A DNA stretch of 64,000 nt from Candidatus Scatosoma sp. GTDB lineage: Bacteria; Bacillota; Clostridia; Christensenellales; Borkfalkiaceae. The notes beneath the pieces were generated by a model. It made no database searches. It saw only the letters and a program-made list of their open reading frames with translations, and was not told the origin of the DNA. The stretch is from the NCBI GenBank assembly GCA_045654025.1, contig JAZOMO010000031.1:27173-91172 (forward strand). The letters run 5' to 3'. This document shows, piece after piece, positions 26,857-36,836 of this stretch. The translations under genes were made by a program, and so were the position numbers. Position 1 is the stretch's first letter. The number at the start of each line of letters is the position of its first letter.

Positions 26857-27702
26857 TTATTCGTGGGTGTACGCCCCTAAAATTTTACATTCCAAGGTGT
26901 TTGCGCGCAACGCCTCTACGAAGGGAGCAAAGCTCTCGTCCGCAACGTTGCAAGCCGCCTCGATGAAGAAACGGAATTCACCAGGACGATTTTTGACAGG
27001 ACGGCTTTCCAGCTTCGTCATGTCGATGTTATAGTCCGCAATAATGGTCAACAAGGACAACAGACTTCCCGGCTTGTTGGGACAAACCACCGAGAAGAAT
27101 ACTCGGTTGGATTCAGCAGGCAACTGTTCCTTCCCTTTGCGTACTAAGAGGAAGTGGGTAAAGTTATGCTTTTCGTCCGAAAGGCACTCTTCACCGACCA
27201 CAAAGCCAGGGCGCAAATATTCCACGTGCGCGCCTGCAATCGCCGCGCTTCTACCGCTGTCGTCCTCCATCGCCTTATTCAAGCCAAACGCCGTCGATTC
27301 CGTCTCACGCAGAGCCGCAAACGGCATTCTCTTGCTTAAAAATTCCGAGCATTGACCAAGCGCCTGCCCGTGCGAATAGACTCTGCCGATTTCCGAAAGC
27401 TTCATCCCTGCCTTGTAGACCAAGCGGTGGTCGATACGCAAGACGTATTCCTTTACCGCATACAAATCGCGCAGATCCTGCAATAAATCGAGGTTTTGCG
27501 CCACGCTTCCCTGCAAGCTGTTTTCGATGGGAATTGCGCAAGCATCTGCTTTGCCAGACGCCACTGCATTCAATGCCTCGGAAAAGTTGCGGAAAGGCAT
27601 ACATTCATTCCACTTTCCGACCTTGTTTGTTTCCTGCGCCAAAAATGCCTGCGCTGCTAAATGCGAATAACTGCCCTCTGGGCCTAAATATGCAATCTTC
27701 AT
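26857..27702 (-). CDS. pheA: Prephenate dehydratase (PDT plus ACT, no chorismate mutase domain)
   Basis: Start re-set to the ATG at 27702 (GGAG 7 nt upstream). TKLESRP motif and a C-terminal ACT domain. Confidence 0.85.
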   Translation of the reverse strand: MKIAYLGPEGSYSHLAAQAFLAQETNKVGKWNECMPFRNFSEALNAVASGKADACAIPIENSLQGSVAQNLDLLQDLRDLYAVKEYVLRIDHRLVYKAGMKLSEIGRVYSHGQALGQCSEFLSKRMPFAALRETESTAFGLNKAMEDDSGRSAAIAGAHVEYLRPGFVVGEECLSDEKHNFTHFLLVRKGKEQLPAESNRVFFSVVCPNKPGSLLSLLTIIADYNIDMTKLESRPVKNRPGEFRFFIEAACNVADESFAPFVEALRANTLECKILGAYTHE

Positions 27703-27726
27703 GATTTCTCCTTCGTTCACCATCTA

Positions 27727-28749
27727 TTAAACCATTTCTGCGATATCGAGCAACAAACGCTCGGTGTCTTCCCAACCGATGCAAGGGTCAGTGATCGATT
27801 TGCCGAACACCTCGTCGTGCGATTGATTGCCCTCTACCAAGAAGCTCTCCAACATAAAGCCCTTGACAATCTTCTTAAAGGCATCGTCAAAGCGTCTATT
27901 CTGCATAACCTCGTGCGCAATACGAATTTGCTGACGGTGCTTTTTGCCCGAATTCGAGTGGTTGCAGTCGATGACGATGGCAGGGTTTTTCAGCTTGCTG
28001 CCACGATAAATTTCCTCCAACTGCATTACCGTTTCGTAATGGAAGTTGGGTACGTCCAAGCCGTTCCCATCCACACCGCCGCGCAAAATTGCGTGCGCAT
28101 AGGGGTTGCCGTCCGAACGAACTTGGTAGTTGCGGTATTTGAAAATTTGCGGGCTCTGCGCCGCAAAGATAGAGTTAATCAGCACGGGGATATTGCCGCT
28201 CATCGGGTTTTTCAAACCCACGGGCGCATCTACGCCGCTTGCAACCTGACGATGCAACTGATCCTCTACGCTTCTTGCGCCCACAGCGTGGTAGGAGAGC
28301 AAATCTTCCACGTACGCCGTGTTTTCAGGATAGAGCATCTCGTCTGCAGAGGTCAATCCTGACGCTTCAATCGCCGCAAGATGCAACGCGCGGATACTGC
28401 GAATCCCACGTACGATATCCGCCTCTCCGTCAGGGTCGGGCTGCAGGAACATACCCTTGTAGCCAACGCCTTTGGTACGAGGCTTATTCGTGTAGATACG
28501 AGGGATAATCACCAGCTTGTCCTTCACCTTTTCGTTGAGTTTTCCCAAGCGAGTAATGTATTCCAACGTAGGCGCTGATTCATGTGCCGAGCAAGGGCCG
28601 ACAACCACCAACATTTTGTCGCTTTTCCCCGAAAGCACCGCGCGGATTTCCTCGTCGCGCGCCGCTTTGATTTTCTTCATTTCCGCCGTCAGCGGTGTTT
28701 CCGCCATAAATTCTTCCGGTTCGGGAATGTAATTTTGCTTTTGCAACAT
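27727..28749 (-). CDS. 3-deoxy-7-phosphoheptulonate (DAHP) synthase, class I-alpha (AroF/G/H-like)
   Basis: 340 aa. Motifs GPCSAHE, KPRT, LKNP and DCNHSNS. Confidence 0.9.
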   Translation of the reverse strand: MLQKQNYIPEPEEFMAETPLTAEMKKIKAARDEEIRAVLSGKSDKMLVVVGPCSAHESAPTLEYITRLGKLNEKVKDKLVIIPRIYTNKPRTKGVGYKGMFLQPDPDGEADIVRGIRSIRALHLAAIEASGLTSADEMLYPENTAYVEDLLSYHAVGARSVEDQLHRQVASGVDAPVGLKNPMSGNIPVLINSIFAAQSPQIFKYRNYQVRSDGNPYAHAILRGGVDGNGLDVPNFHYETVMQLEEIYRGSKLKNPAIVIDCNHSNSGKKHRQQIRIAHEVMQNRRFDDAFKKIVKGFMLESFLVEGNQSHDEVFGKSITDPCIGWEDTERLLLDIAEMV

Positions 28750-28770
28750 GTCTATATTCTCCTTAAAAAA

Positions 28771-29253
28771 TTATTTCTTCGTCAATAAGCGTATGTACGC
28801 CTCTACCTTTTCCGAAACGTAATCGGAAATAGGGGTATTAAATTGCAAGCTACTGCGCACCATCGAAGAGCTGACGTGTAAAAGCTCCTGCGGGCAAGGC
28901 AGATAAATAGGAATTATCTCCTCATTCAGTCTCTTCGAGGCAAAATAGTTTGCGTTCTCGTATTCAAAATCCACGGTGTTTCTGATTCCGCGAACGTAGA
29001 AAGGAGTTTTCTCCTTTCTGAGCAATTCCGCAACCGTGCCAGAAAATTCTACTACACGAATACGCGGCTCGTTTCCAAACACGAGCTTCAGCATCTCTTT
29101 GCGCTCTTCTACCGTAAAGAGGGGGGCTTTTGCAGGATTACACAAAATCGCCACCACCACCTCGTCAAAGAGCTGTAAGCATTGTCCTATCAAGCTTTCG
29201 TGTCCTCTCGTCAGCGGATCAAACGTCCCTGCAAACACACACTTTCTCTTCAT
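28771..29253 (-). CDS. coaD: Pantetheine-phosphate adenylyltransferase
   Basis: 160 aa with the motif AGTFDPLTRGH. Confidence 0.95.
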   Translation of the reverse strand: MKRKCVFAGTFDPLTRGHESLIGQCLQLFDEVVVAILCNPAKAPLFTVEERKEMLKLVFGNEPRIRVVEFSGTVAELLRKEKTPFYVRGIRNTVDFEYENANYFASKRLNEEIIPIYLPCPQELLHVSSSMVRSSLQFNTPISDYVSEKVEAYIRLLTKK

Positions 29254-29807
29254 ACTTCTTCCCTCGCTTTCGGGCGGAAAAAGGTGAGTATCGTCCGCCC
29301 ATAACGGCGTTCGTCATACTTGTCCAGCCCGTCTACCTCCCCCTCAAAGGGGATATCCCTTTCTAACACCAAGACGCCGCCTTCCGCAAGCAGACCGTTT
29401 TTTGCAATCTTCTGCACAGCGCGCACGCCAACCTCTAACGCATAGGGGGGGTCGATAAAGATAATATCGAACGGACGACGTTCGTACCCCAGATACGCCT
29501 CCGCATCCGTATTGAAGACCTTCGCCTCTTTCCCTTCCTCGATTTTCAAGGCGCGAAGATTTTTTCTGACAATCGCCAAGCTATCCTTGGATTTGTCGTT
29601 AAATACAACCTCCGCCGCGCCACGAGAAAGGCTCTCTAACCCCAGCGCGCCACTACCTGCAAACAAGTCCAGCACCCTTGCCCCCGCAAAGCGCAAGGCG
29701 AGGGTATTAAACAGAGATTCCTTTACCCTGTCGGCAGTCGGCCGAACGGCTTCCCCATCGAACGTCGCCAACACACGCCCTCTATATTTTCCACCGATAA
29801 TACGCAT
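29250..29807 (-). CDS. rsmD: 16S rRNA (guanine966-N2)-methyltransferase RsmD
   Basis: 185 aa. Motifs DLFAGSGALGLE and DPPY. Conserved rsmD-coaD pair with an ATGA overlap. Confidence 0.9.
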   Translation of the reverse strand: MRIIGGKYRGRVLATFDGEAVRPTADRVKESLFNTLALRFAGARVLDLFAGSGALGLESLSRGAAEVVFNDKSKDSLAIVRKNLRALKIEEGKEAKVFNTDAEAYLGYERRPFDIIFIDPPYALEVGVRAVQKIAKNGLLAEGGVLVLERDIPFEGEVDGLDKYDERRYGRTILTFFRPKAREEV

Positions 29808-29808
29808 C

Positions 29809-30591
29809 TTATTTTCTCTTTTTAGGCTTTGTGCCAGGCAACGCCCCGTAATTTACTTTTTTGGATTTGTTCGCTTCTTCCGCCGCCGCGCGGTCCGCAT
29901 TTTCCTGCGCTCTCAGCCTTTTTGCACGGGTCGCATACGCCCCGACGATGTAGAAAACACCTGCAACGATAATGGGCAACAAGCCAAACAGGCAGGACCA
30001 GAAATAGCTGATTGCAACACCGCTTAAGTTCAAATACGCAAACGGCAACAGCGACCAACCGCAGCAGAACATACTAACGAAGACAAGAGTCGCCATCCCC
30101 CTATTATCAAAGGGCGTAGCCGATTCTTCTAAAGACAGCGAGCGAAAAGCCTCGTTTACCACATCACCATTGATACCCACCAAAATCCCAAACAGAACGG
30201 TAAAGAACGCTATCACGCCGCCGATTGCAAAGCCCTTCCATTCGCGATATTCCATCTCTTCTTTATGCGAAGAAATTTTCATCTGAGAACCTAGCTGTTC
30301 TGCCGACATACGCTTCATGTTTCCCGAAACCAGCATCTCGTAGCCCTTGCCGCCAAACGCATACGCCATAGCCCCTGCATACGCCAGCAGTAGCACCACT
30401 ACGACTACCAAGAATGCAATTCTTGCGCCGTTAAAGCCCTCTGCAATCTTACCACACATATCTTCGCTGATTGTACCGAGAAACGCAATAGCGCTGAGAA
30501 TCCCAAAGAAGGTCACCAAAACAAAGGACTCCTTGATGATTTCCCAAACGTTTACCCAAAATTTCTTCCAGTTTTCTTTTGCCTTAGACAT
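29809..30591 (-). CDS. Uncharacterised multi-pass membrane protein with a Lys-rich C-terminal tail
   Basis: 260 aa with about 6 hydrophobic segments. GGAG RBS. I recognise no family motif. Confidence 0.7.
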   Translation of the reverse strand: MSKAKENWKKFWVNVWEIIKESFVLVTFFGILSAIAFLGTISEDMCGKIAEGFNGARIAFLVVVVVLLLAYAGAMAYAFGGKGYEMLVSGNMKRMSAEQLGSQMKISSHKEEMEYREWKGFAIGGVIAFFTVLFGILVGINGDVVNEAFRSLSLEESATPFDNRGMATLVFVSMFCCGWSLLPFAYLNLSGVAISYFWSCLFGLLPIIVAGVFYIVGAYATRAKRLRAQENADRAAAEEANKSKKVNYGALPGTKPKKRK

Positions 30592-30617
30592 ACTTACTCC
30601 TCGGACGTTGTCCGCTG

Positions 30618-31679
30618 TTATCTATTCTTTTTTAATGGGCTTTCCCCATCTATATACACTCTTTTTGCCCGTAATGACATACGGCAAAGTACCTCGTACA
30701 CCGAGCCGCCACGCTCCTTTGCCACCGCCGCCGCATCCGAGAACAGACACACCCTCTGTCCCAAACGAAGCCTTTTAGAGGCAAGACAGACGTCCATACA
30801 GATCTCGCCCTGCAACGGGGGCAATAAGCCGCTTTCTTTCGTAGAAACGCCAAGCCCCTCGGCATATCCGCACCGCAGTACGGACAACTGCTTTCCTTCG
30901 AGGTCTTTTCGCTGCTTTCCATACCCTGCTCCACCGAATGCAACCCTATGGGTTGCAACGCAATTTGCGTACGCTCGCATCGCAGGTTGTAAGGCAAACG
31001 GACAATTCCCCTCGGGAAAATATCCGTACAAGCCAAGTCCTATCCGCACCCCGTCGAAGAGGTACTCTTTGCCCAGCGCCGCCCCGTAGGTAGAAGCGAG
31101 ATGCGCACGCGCCAAAGGGAAATACCTTCGACAGATTTTTACGCCGTGTAGAAACCGTAATCTTTGTTCTTCGCACAGCGACAAATCGTGGGAATACAGA
31201 TGTGAGTAGACCCCACGAACACACACCCGCCCCGACCGTTTCAGCAAAGCGCATACCTTGCCCAAGGTCGAACCGTACGTGCCGTAGCGATTCATCCCCG
31301 TATTCACCTTGACCTGCACGCTAACCTGCAAACGGTACTTTTCCGCCGTGTAAATAATGAGCTTCGCCGAGCGCAAATCGGTTGCTGTCAGGGTACATCC
31401 GCCCCTTGCGGCAACCACCACTTCCTCTTCAGCAGTCGGCGGTGTAAACACCAGGATTTCCTTTCCACCTGCCGCTTGACGAATGGACAAAGCCTCGTCA
31501 ATTAGCGCCACGGCAAACCCGTCCACAATCGGTTGCAGAGCGCTCACCACCGCCACGCCACCATGGCCGTAAGCATCTGCCTTCACCACCGCATAGATAA
31601 ATCGGTCGGTATACCGCTTGAAAACGAGGGCATTTTCGCGTATTTTGTGTAAATCAATTTCTAAAATCGTTTCCTGCAT
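30618..31679 (-). CDS. alr: Alanine racemase
   Basis: 353 aa with the PLP-lysine motif AVVKADAYGHG. Confidence 0.85.
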   Translation of the reverse strand: MQETILEIDLHKIRENALVFKRYTDRFIYAVVKADAYGHGGVAVVSALQPIVDGFAVALIDEALSIRQAAGGKEILVFTPPTAEEEVVVAARGGCTLTATDLRSAKLIIYTAEKYRLQVSVQVKVNTGMNRYGTYGSTLGKVCALLKRSGRVCVRGVYSHLYSHDLSLCEEQRLRFLHGVKICRRYFPLARAHLASTYGAALGKEYLFDGVRIGLGLYGYFPEGNCPFALQPAMRAYANCVATHRVAFGGAGYGKQRKDLEGKQLSVLRCGYAEGLGVSTKESGLLPPLQGEICMDVCLASKRLRLGQRVCLFSDAAAVAKERGGSVYEVLCRMSLRAKRVYIDGESPLKKNR

Positions 31680-31726
31680 ACCTTATTGTATGCAAGAAAA
31701 CCGTCATTCTACCCCGATGCCGCGCC

Positions 31727-32422
31727 TTATTTATACAAGATACGGTGGCAATGATCACACTCAATCATCGCACCGCCTTCCAGTTTATTTTGTGCGGCAA
31801 GGGGAGGCTCCATACTACAACAGGAGCATCTACCCGAGAACAACTGCGAATAGACGGGGAAGATTTTTTCCTTGCGCTTGGTTTTGTAAACAGTCAAAGC
31901 GCCAGCATCTATCCCTACGGAAGCTTTTTTCAGTTCCGCTTCGATTGCAGCCTTCTCTCCTTCCTTCGATTCCTTCAGAGTGTTATACTCCTCTTTCGCC
32001 GCCTTGTATTCTGCCTGCTTGGAGATAACCTCTGCCTTCAGTTCTCTAAATTCCTTGTCCGTTGCCTTCACAGCATCTTCCAAAGCGGCAATATCCGCCT
32101 TTAACTTCTTCATACGGTCAAGGTGCATCATCGCCTTTTTCTTGTAGAAAGACAAGTCCGCGCCACCGTCTGCCACCAACTCTTCCATGTGGTCAAATTC
32201 CACCAAAGCCGCCTCGGTAACTGCGTACTTTTCTTCCAAAGCGGTCAGCTCTGCCTTTAAGGCTTCCGCCTTTGCATCAAGAGCATCCAGCTTTTCCGAA
32301 GCCGTTTCCATGTACTTTTTCAGCTTTGCGTACTTCTTTCTTTCCGCACTGCCTGCAAGCTCACGTTCAAGCTGGAACAACCTTCTGTCAATTTCCTGAT
32401 AGTTCAAAATAGCCTTCAACAT
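31727..32422 (-). CDS. Coiled-coil protein with C-terminal zinc ribbon (COG1579-type, Nif3 partner)
   Basis: The ORF-track start at 32437 is TTG. I prefer the ATG at 32422 (AAGGAG 6 nt upstream). Long coiled coil plus CSCC..CDHC. Conserved nif3 neighbour. Confidence 0.7.
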   Translation of the reverse strand: MLKAILNYQEIDRRLFQLERELAGSAERKKYAKLKKYMETASEKLDALDAKAEALKAELTALEEKYAVTEAALVEFDHMEELVADGGADLSFYKKKAMMHLDRMKKLKADIAALEDAVKATDKEFRELKAEVISKQAEYKAAKEEYNTLKESKEGEKAAIEAELKKASVGIDAGALTVYKTKRKEKIFPVYSQLFSGRCSCCSMEPPLAAQNKLEGGAMIECDHCHRILYK

Positions 32423-32433
32423 ACTATACTCCT

Positions 32434-33249
32434 TCAAAGCAATCCATCTTCCCGATGCAACACGCAGGGAAGAGAAATGCTTTTACACATTTTTTCGTAA
32501 TATTTTTCAAATCCGTATTCCTCGGATGCATAATGCGGTAAGTCGAATACCGCAACGCCTGCCTCGTGGCAAGCCAAAATCAAGTGGTGTTTCCAGTCGG
32601 AAGAAACCATTCCGTCCACACCGCAGGAGAGCGCAAACGCCACCGAAGCATCGTCCACACCTGCGCCGCAGAAGCTTGCGACCTTGCGAATCGTACGCCC
32701 CTCGTCACCCACCAAACGCACTTTGGTAGAGAAGGTCTTGCAAAGATTTTCCTGCAACTGCTTTGCGGAAATTTCCTCCACCTCGTATACGCTACCGTAG
32801 CCGCCAGCAGACAGAAGGTGCTGTCTTTTTTCATTTTCACGCGCCTTCGCCCCTTTCTTTCCGTCCAACGCAGAAAGGAATACGCCGTCGGCAAGACAAT
32901 CGTCAATGCCGCCCACCGCACAGTCCAGATTGAGGTGCATCGAAATCACCGAAATTCCCGCCTGAATGCAGGCAATCAGTCTTCCGCCCAAAGGCGTGCC
33001 TAAACGCACGTCCCCGATTTTTCCGTAGATGACGGGGTGATGGCTGACGATGAGATTTGCCCCCACCGCCTTCGCCTTTTCAATCGCGGCTTTGGTCAAG
33101 TCCAGCGTAAACAATACGCCCGTAATTTCACCGCCGCAATCAACCAGCACGCCGCTGTTATCGTACGCGCCAAAATTGCGACAATATTCGTCGCTGAGCG
33201 CCTTGGGCGCAACCTCGTCTAAAAGTTTGTAAATTTCCAAAACGGTCAT
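32434..33249 (-). CDS. Nif3-like dinuclear metal centre protein
   Basis: 271 aa with a SHHPVIY motif. Conserved rpoD-trmK-nif3 order. Confidence 0.85.
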   Translation of the reverse strand: MTVLEIYKLLDEVAPKALSDEYCRNFGAYDNSGVLVDCGGEITGVLFTLDLTKAAIEKAKAVGANLIVSHHPVIYGKIGDVRLGTPLGGRLIACIQAGISVISMHLNLDCAVGGIDDCLADGVFLSALDGKKGAKARENEKRQHLLSAGGYGSVYEVEEISAKQLQENLCKTFSTKVRLVGDEGRTIRKVASFCGAGVDDASVAFALSCGVDGMVSSDWKHHLILACHEAGVAVFDLPHYASEEYGFEKYYEKMCKSISLPCVLHREDGLL

Positions 33250-33917
33250 TTTTTTATCGCCTCTTGCAGCCTTGCCTTTCTCTTTAAAAGTTCAGCGCGG
33301 CTGTCCTCTTGTAAATTGCTCTGTAAATATTGTTCAATGTCACGCAATTGTTTTTCCACCCGTCCGACAAACGCCTCTGGCAAGGTTTCCAAGTTCTCTT
33401 TCCCGAACTCGATTTCCATTTCCGTGTATACCTGCGGTTGCTCGCCGTCCGCAAGCCGTCTTCCGCAGATTACGTCGTAGTATTTGCCGTCCTGAAAGGT
33501 GAAATCCCTCGTGATATACGCTCCGTTTTCCAGTAGCCACCGACGCAATTTGTCTGCGTTCAGCATCGGCTGAAAAACGAAAGTTTTGGGCAAAAAGCCG
33601 TGTGTTTCGTCCGTCAAAATGGACAAAATCTCACTGCCGCCCATGCCCGCAATCAACACCTCGTCCACGGTGGAAGGCACGCCGTAAAAACCATCGCCCA
33701 GTACCGCCGTCGCCCTACCGTCTTCCACGAAGGGAGCAAGCAAGACTTCCGCTTTTTGCAGGCTACCCTTGCTGACGTCAGAGAAGATAGCCTTTTCGCA
33801 CAGCCCGTTTTCCAGCATATATTGCGTGCAGTAGCCGTGGTCACAGCCCACGTCCGCAAACACCTTGGCAGGCGCAAGCAGAGAACACAGCGTCTGTATC
33901 CGTTTACTGACCGACAT
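33246..33917 (-). CDS. trmK: tRNA (adenine22-N1)-methyltransferase TrmK
   Basis: 223 aa with the motif DVGCDHGY. Immediately downstream of rpoD. Confidence 0.8.
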   Translation of the reverse strand: MSVSKRIQTLCSLLAPAKVFADVGCDHGYCTQYMLENGLCEKAIFSDVSKGSLQKAEVLLAPFVEDGRATAVLGDGFYGVPSTVDEVLIAGMGGSEILSILTDETHGFLPKTFVFQPMLNADKLRRWLLENGAYITRDFTFQDGKYYDVICGRRLADGEQPQVYTEMEIEFGKENLETLPEAFVGRVEKQLRDIEQYLQSNLQEDSRAELLKRKARLQEAIKK

Positions 33918-34972
33918 TAATATAAGAAGTCCTTCAACTTTTTGCTTCTGGACGGATGACGAAGCTTTCTCAAAGCTTTCGCCTCAATCTGACGGATACG
34001 TTCACGGGTGACGTTGAATTCCTTGCCTACCTCTTCCAAAGTACGAGGCTTGCCGTCGTCAATACCGTAGCGCAAACGAAGCACCTTTTCTTCACGAGGG
34101 GTCAGGGTATCCAGTACGCCGAGAAGCTGTTCCTTCAGCATCGTAAAGGTCACGGAGTCGCTGGGGGTCAAGGTCTTTTCGTCCTCGATAAAGTCGCCCA
34201 AATGGCTGTCCTCTTCCTCACCGATAGGGGTTTCCAAAGATACGGGGTCCTGCGCAATCTTTTGGATTTCGCAAACACGTTCTTCGCTTACGCCCATCTT
34301 TTCTGCGATTTCTGCAGGGGTCGGCTCTCTGCCCAGTTCCTGCAACAATACGCGCTGTACTCTCGTCAGTTTGTTAATCGTTTCCACCATATGCACGGGG
34401 ATACGGATCGTTCTTGCCTGGTCCGCAATCGCGCGGGTAATCGCCTGACGAATCCACCAAGTCGCATAGGTAGAGAACTTAAAGCCACGCTGATAATCGA
34501 ATTTTTCCACCGCCTTCATAAGACCAAGGTTGCCCTCTTGAATCAAGTCCAAGAACAACATGCCACGGCCTACGAAACGCTTTGCAATCGAAACGACCAA
34601 ACGCAGGTTCGCCTCGGAAAGGCGCTTTTTCGCCGCTTCGTCCCCTTCCTGCATGCGCTTTGCCAAATCCACTTCCTCGTCCGCAGACAGCAGAGGCACG
34701 TGCCCGATATCTTTTAAATACAGCTTGACGGGGTCGTCCAAGCCGATATCCGAGAGCGCCTGTTCAAACAGTTCCTTGTCCCTTGCGTCCTCGTCAATGA
34801 TTTGAATCCCGTTTTCCGCCAGCGACTTGTAGATGAAATCAATCTGGTTGGGGTTGGTGTCGTACTTTTCCATAATATCGCAGAGCGCATTCGTCGAAAT
34901 GCAACCCTTCATTCTGTAATTCGCCACGATACCGCCTAAGATGTCGTTTAATTTTTGTTCGGAAATAGCCAC
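33917..34972 (-). CDS. rpoD: RNA polymerase primary sigma factor
   Basis: 351 aa. GTG start with GGAGGA 8 nt upstream. Region 2 [15 protein letters not shown] and region 4 [19 protein letters not shown]. Confidence 0.95.
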   Translation of the reverse strand: MAISEQKLNDILGGIVANYRMKGCISTNALCDIMEKYDTNPNQIDFIYKSLAENGIQIIDEDARDKELFEQALSDIGLDDPVKLYLKDIGHVPLLSADEEVDLAKRMQEGDEAAKKRLSEANLRLVVSIAKRFVGRGMLFLDLIQEGNLGLMKAVEKFDYQRGFKFSTYATWWIRQAITRAIADQARTIRIPVHMVETINKLTRVQRVLLQELGREPTPAEIAEKMGVSEERVCEIQKIAQDPVSLETPIGEEEDSHLGDFIEDEKTLTPSDSVTFTMLKEQLLGVLDTLTPREEKVLRLRYGIDDGKPRTLEEVGKEFNVTRERIRQIEAKALRKLRHPSRSKKLKDFLY

Positions 34973-35029
34973 TATTTTCTCCTCCGTTAATTCTTTTTCT
35001 CTTTAGTCAATCAACGCAATACACATTGA

Positions 35030-36823
35030 TTATCTGCGCTTTTTTTGACGGCGCAGGGCGTCTTGCAAACTGCCGAGTATCTGCACACGACGGGATTGTT
35101 CGTCCGTCTTTGCAAGCTCCTCTTGCAACAGCGCAATTTCCCGGTCGATACTCTCTCTTTCCAAGGTCGCCACGCTGTCCATAAAGAAGCGTTTTGCCAC
35201 CTCGCCAGCCAGCTTGTCCTCGTAGTTTAAGTCCAGAATCTCGTTGAACGCAGGACAGTTTTCATCAAAGATTTCAAACAGCTCCGCAGGGCGTATACGC
35301 GCGCCCTCCGACTCACACACAGTGACGTACGCCGCAATTCTTGCGTGGACGGAATTTTCAAAGTGCAGTTTTTCAATCGATACGTCTTTTGCATACTCTG
35401 CCCCGAAGAGCTTTGCCGCCAAGATGAACCGTTCTGCCTTTTCCGTCTTATCCGAGCCACGCGATACCTCTGCAATCTTGACGTTCGCACCCACCGTATC
35501 GGTGGTATCCGTCTTGCTTTCCTTTCGTAGGTTTTCAAGGTCGCGTTCGAGCGATTGATAGGTCAAGCCCGTCTTATCACGAAGCTTCTTCAAAAGGTCC
35601 TCACGCACCGCCGAGCTGTCCGTCTCCGAAACGACCTGCAACGCCTCTTTAACAAACGCGCGCTTGTTGTCCGTACGCGATAGGTCGTACTTGCGTTCAA
35701 TGGCGTGCAACTTATAATCAACCAAGGGCATCGCCGCATCAAGACATTTTTGATATGCCTCCTTGCCCTGTTTTGCCACGTCGTCGGGATCAAGCCCCTC
35801 CGGCATCGGTACGACCAGCACCTTCAAATGCTCGCCGTCCAAAATTTCCAAGCCTCGAAGGTCTGCCTTCTGCCCGGCAAAGTCGCCGTCATAGCTGATG
35901 TACACGTTCTCCGTATACCGTTTGATGAGGCGCGCCTGCTCCTTCGTCAGCGAAGTACCCATCGACGCCACAACGTTTTTAAAGCCCGCTTGATACAGCG
36001 AAATGGTATCCATATACCCTTCGACCATAATCACGCTACTAATCGGCTGTTCGCGTTTCAGCTTTTTCAAAAGGTTGATGTTGTACAGCGTATTGCGCTT
36101 GTTGAACAGCATCGTTTCCTTGGTGTTCTTGTATTTCGCAAAGTCCGTCTTGCCTAAGAATCTACCACCAAAGCCGATGACCTCGTCCATGTTGTTGATA
36201 ATCGGGAAGATAAGGCGTTCTGCCTGCGCATCTATCAACCTGCCGTTCTTGCTTTCAATCAGCACGCCGCTGTCCAAGATATCCTCTTTATGGTAGCCCT
36301 TGCCTGCCAAATATTCCGCAAGCTCGCGATAATCCAGCGAAGCCCCGATGCCGAATTGCTTGACGGTGGAGGGCAACATTTTTCTATCCGCAATGTACTG
36401 CAGATGAGCGTCCGCCCTCTCGTCACCGCTGAATAGATTCGACCGATAAAACCTCGCCGTGTCCAGCAAAATCGCCGCCATCGCATCCCGCTTTTTCTTC
36501 TTGCGGATGGATTCCTCGGTGTCTAAATTGCTCTCAGGCACTTCCATCTTCGCGCGCGCCGCCAAGATACGGACAGCGCCCATAAAGTCGGTGCTTTCGA
36601 TTTCCTTGACGAACTTTACGACGTCCCCCGATTCACCGCAACCAAAGCAATGATAAAACTGCTCTGATTGATTGACGGCAAAGGAAGGAGTACGCTCGTG
36701 ATGGAAGGGACAGCAAGCCCAGTGGTTGCCCCCCTTTCTATCCAACGCAACGTAACTGCCGATGACGTCTACGATATCATTTTTCGCTTTTAGCTCCTGC
36801 ATGAAGCGATCAAAATCTGCCAT
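35030..36823 (-). CDS. dnaG: DNA primase
   Basis: 597 aa. CHC2 zinc finger CCPFHHERTPSF..CFGCGESGD and a Toprim EGYMD motif. Confidence 0.95.
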   Translation of the reverse strand: MADFDRFMQELKAKNDIVDVIGSYVALDRKGGNHWACCPFHHERTPSFAVNQSEQFYHCFGCGESGDVVKFVKEIESTDFMGAVRILAARAKMEVPESNLDTEESIRKKKKRDAMAAILLDTARFYRSNLFSGDERADAHLQYIADRKMLPSTVKQFGIGASLDYRELAEYLAGKGYHKEDILDSGVLIESKNGRLIDAQAERLIFPIINNMDEVIGFGGRFLGKTDFAKYKNTKETMLFNKRNTLYNINLLKKLKREQPISSVIMVEGYMDTISLYQAGFKNVVASMGTSLTKEQARLIKRYTENVYISYDGDFAGQKADLRGLEILDGEHLKVLVVPMPEGLDPDDVAKQGKEAYQKCLDAAMPLVDYKLHAIERKYDLSRTDNKRAFVKEALQVVSETDSSAVREDLLKKLRDKTGLTYQSLERDLENLRKESKTDTTDTVGANVKIAEVSRGSDKTEKAERFILAAKLFGAEYAKDVSIEKLHFENSVHARIAAYVTVCESEGARIRPAELFEIFDENCPAFNEILDLNYEDKLAGEVAKRFFMDSVATLERESIDREIALLQEELAKTDEQSRRVQILGSLQDALRRQKKRR

Positions 36824-36836
36824 TTTTCCCCCTTAT

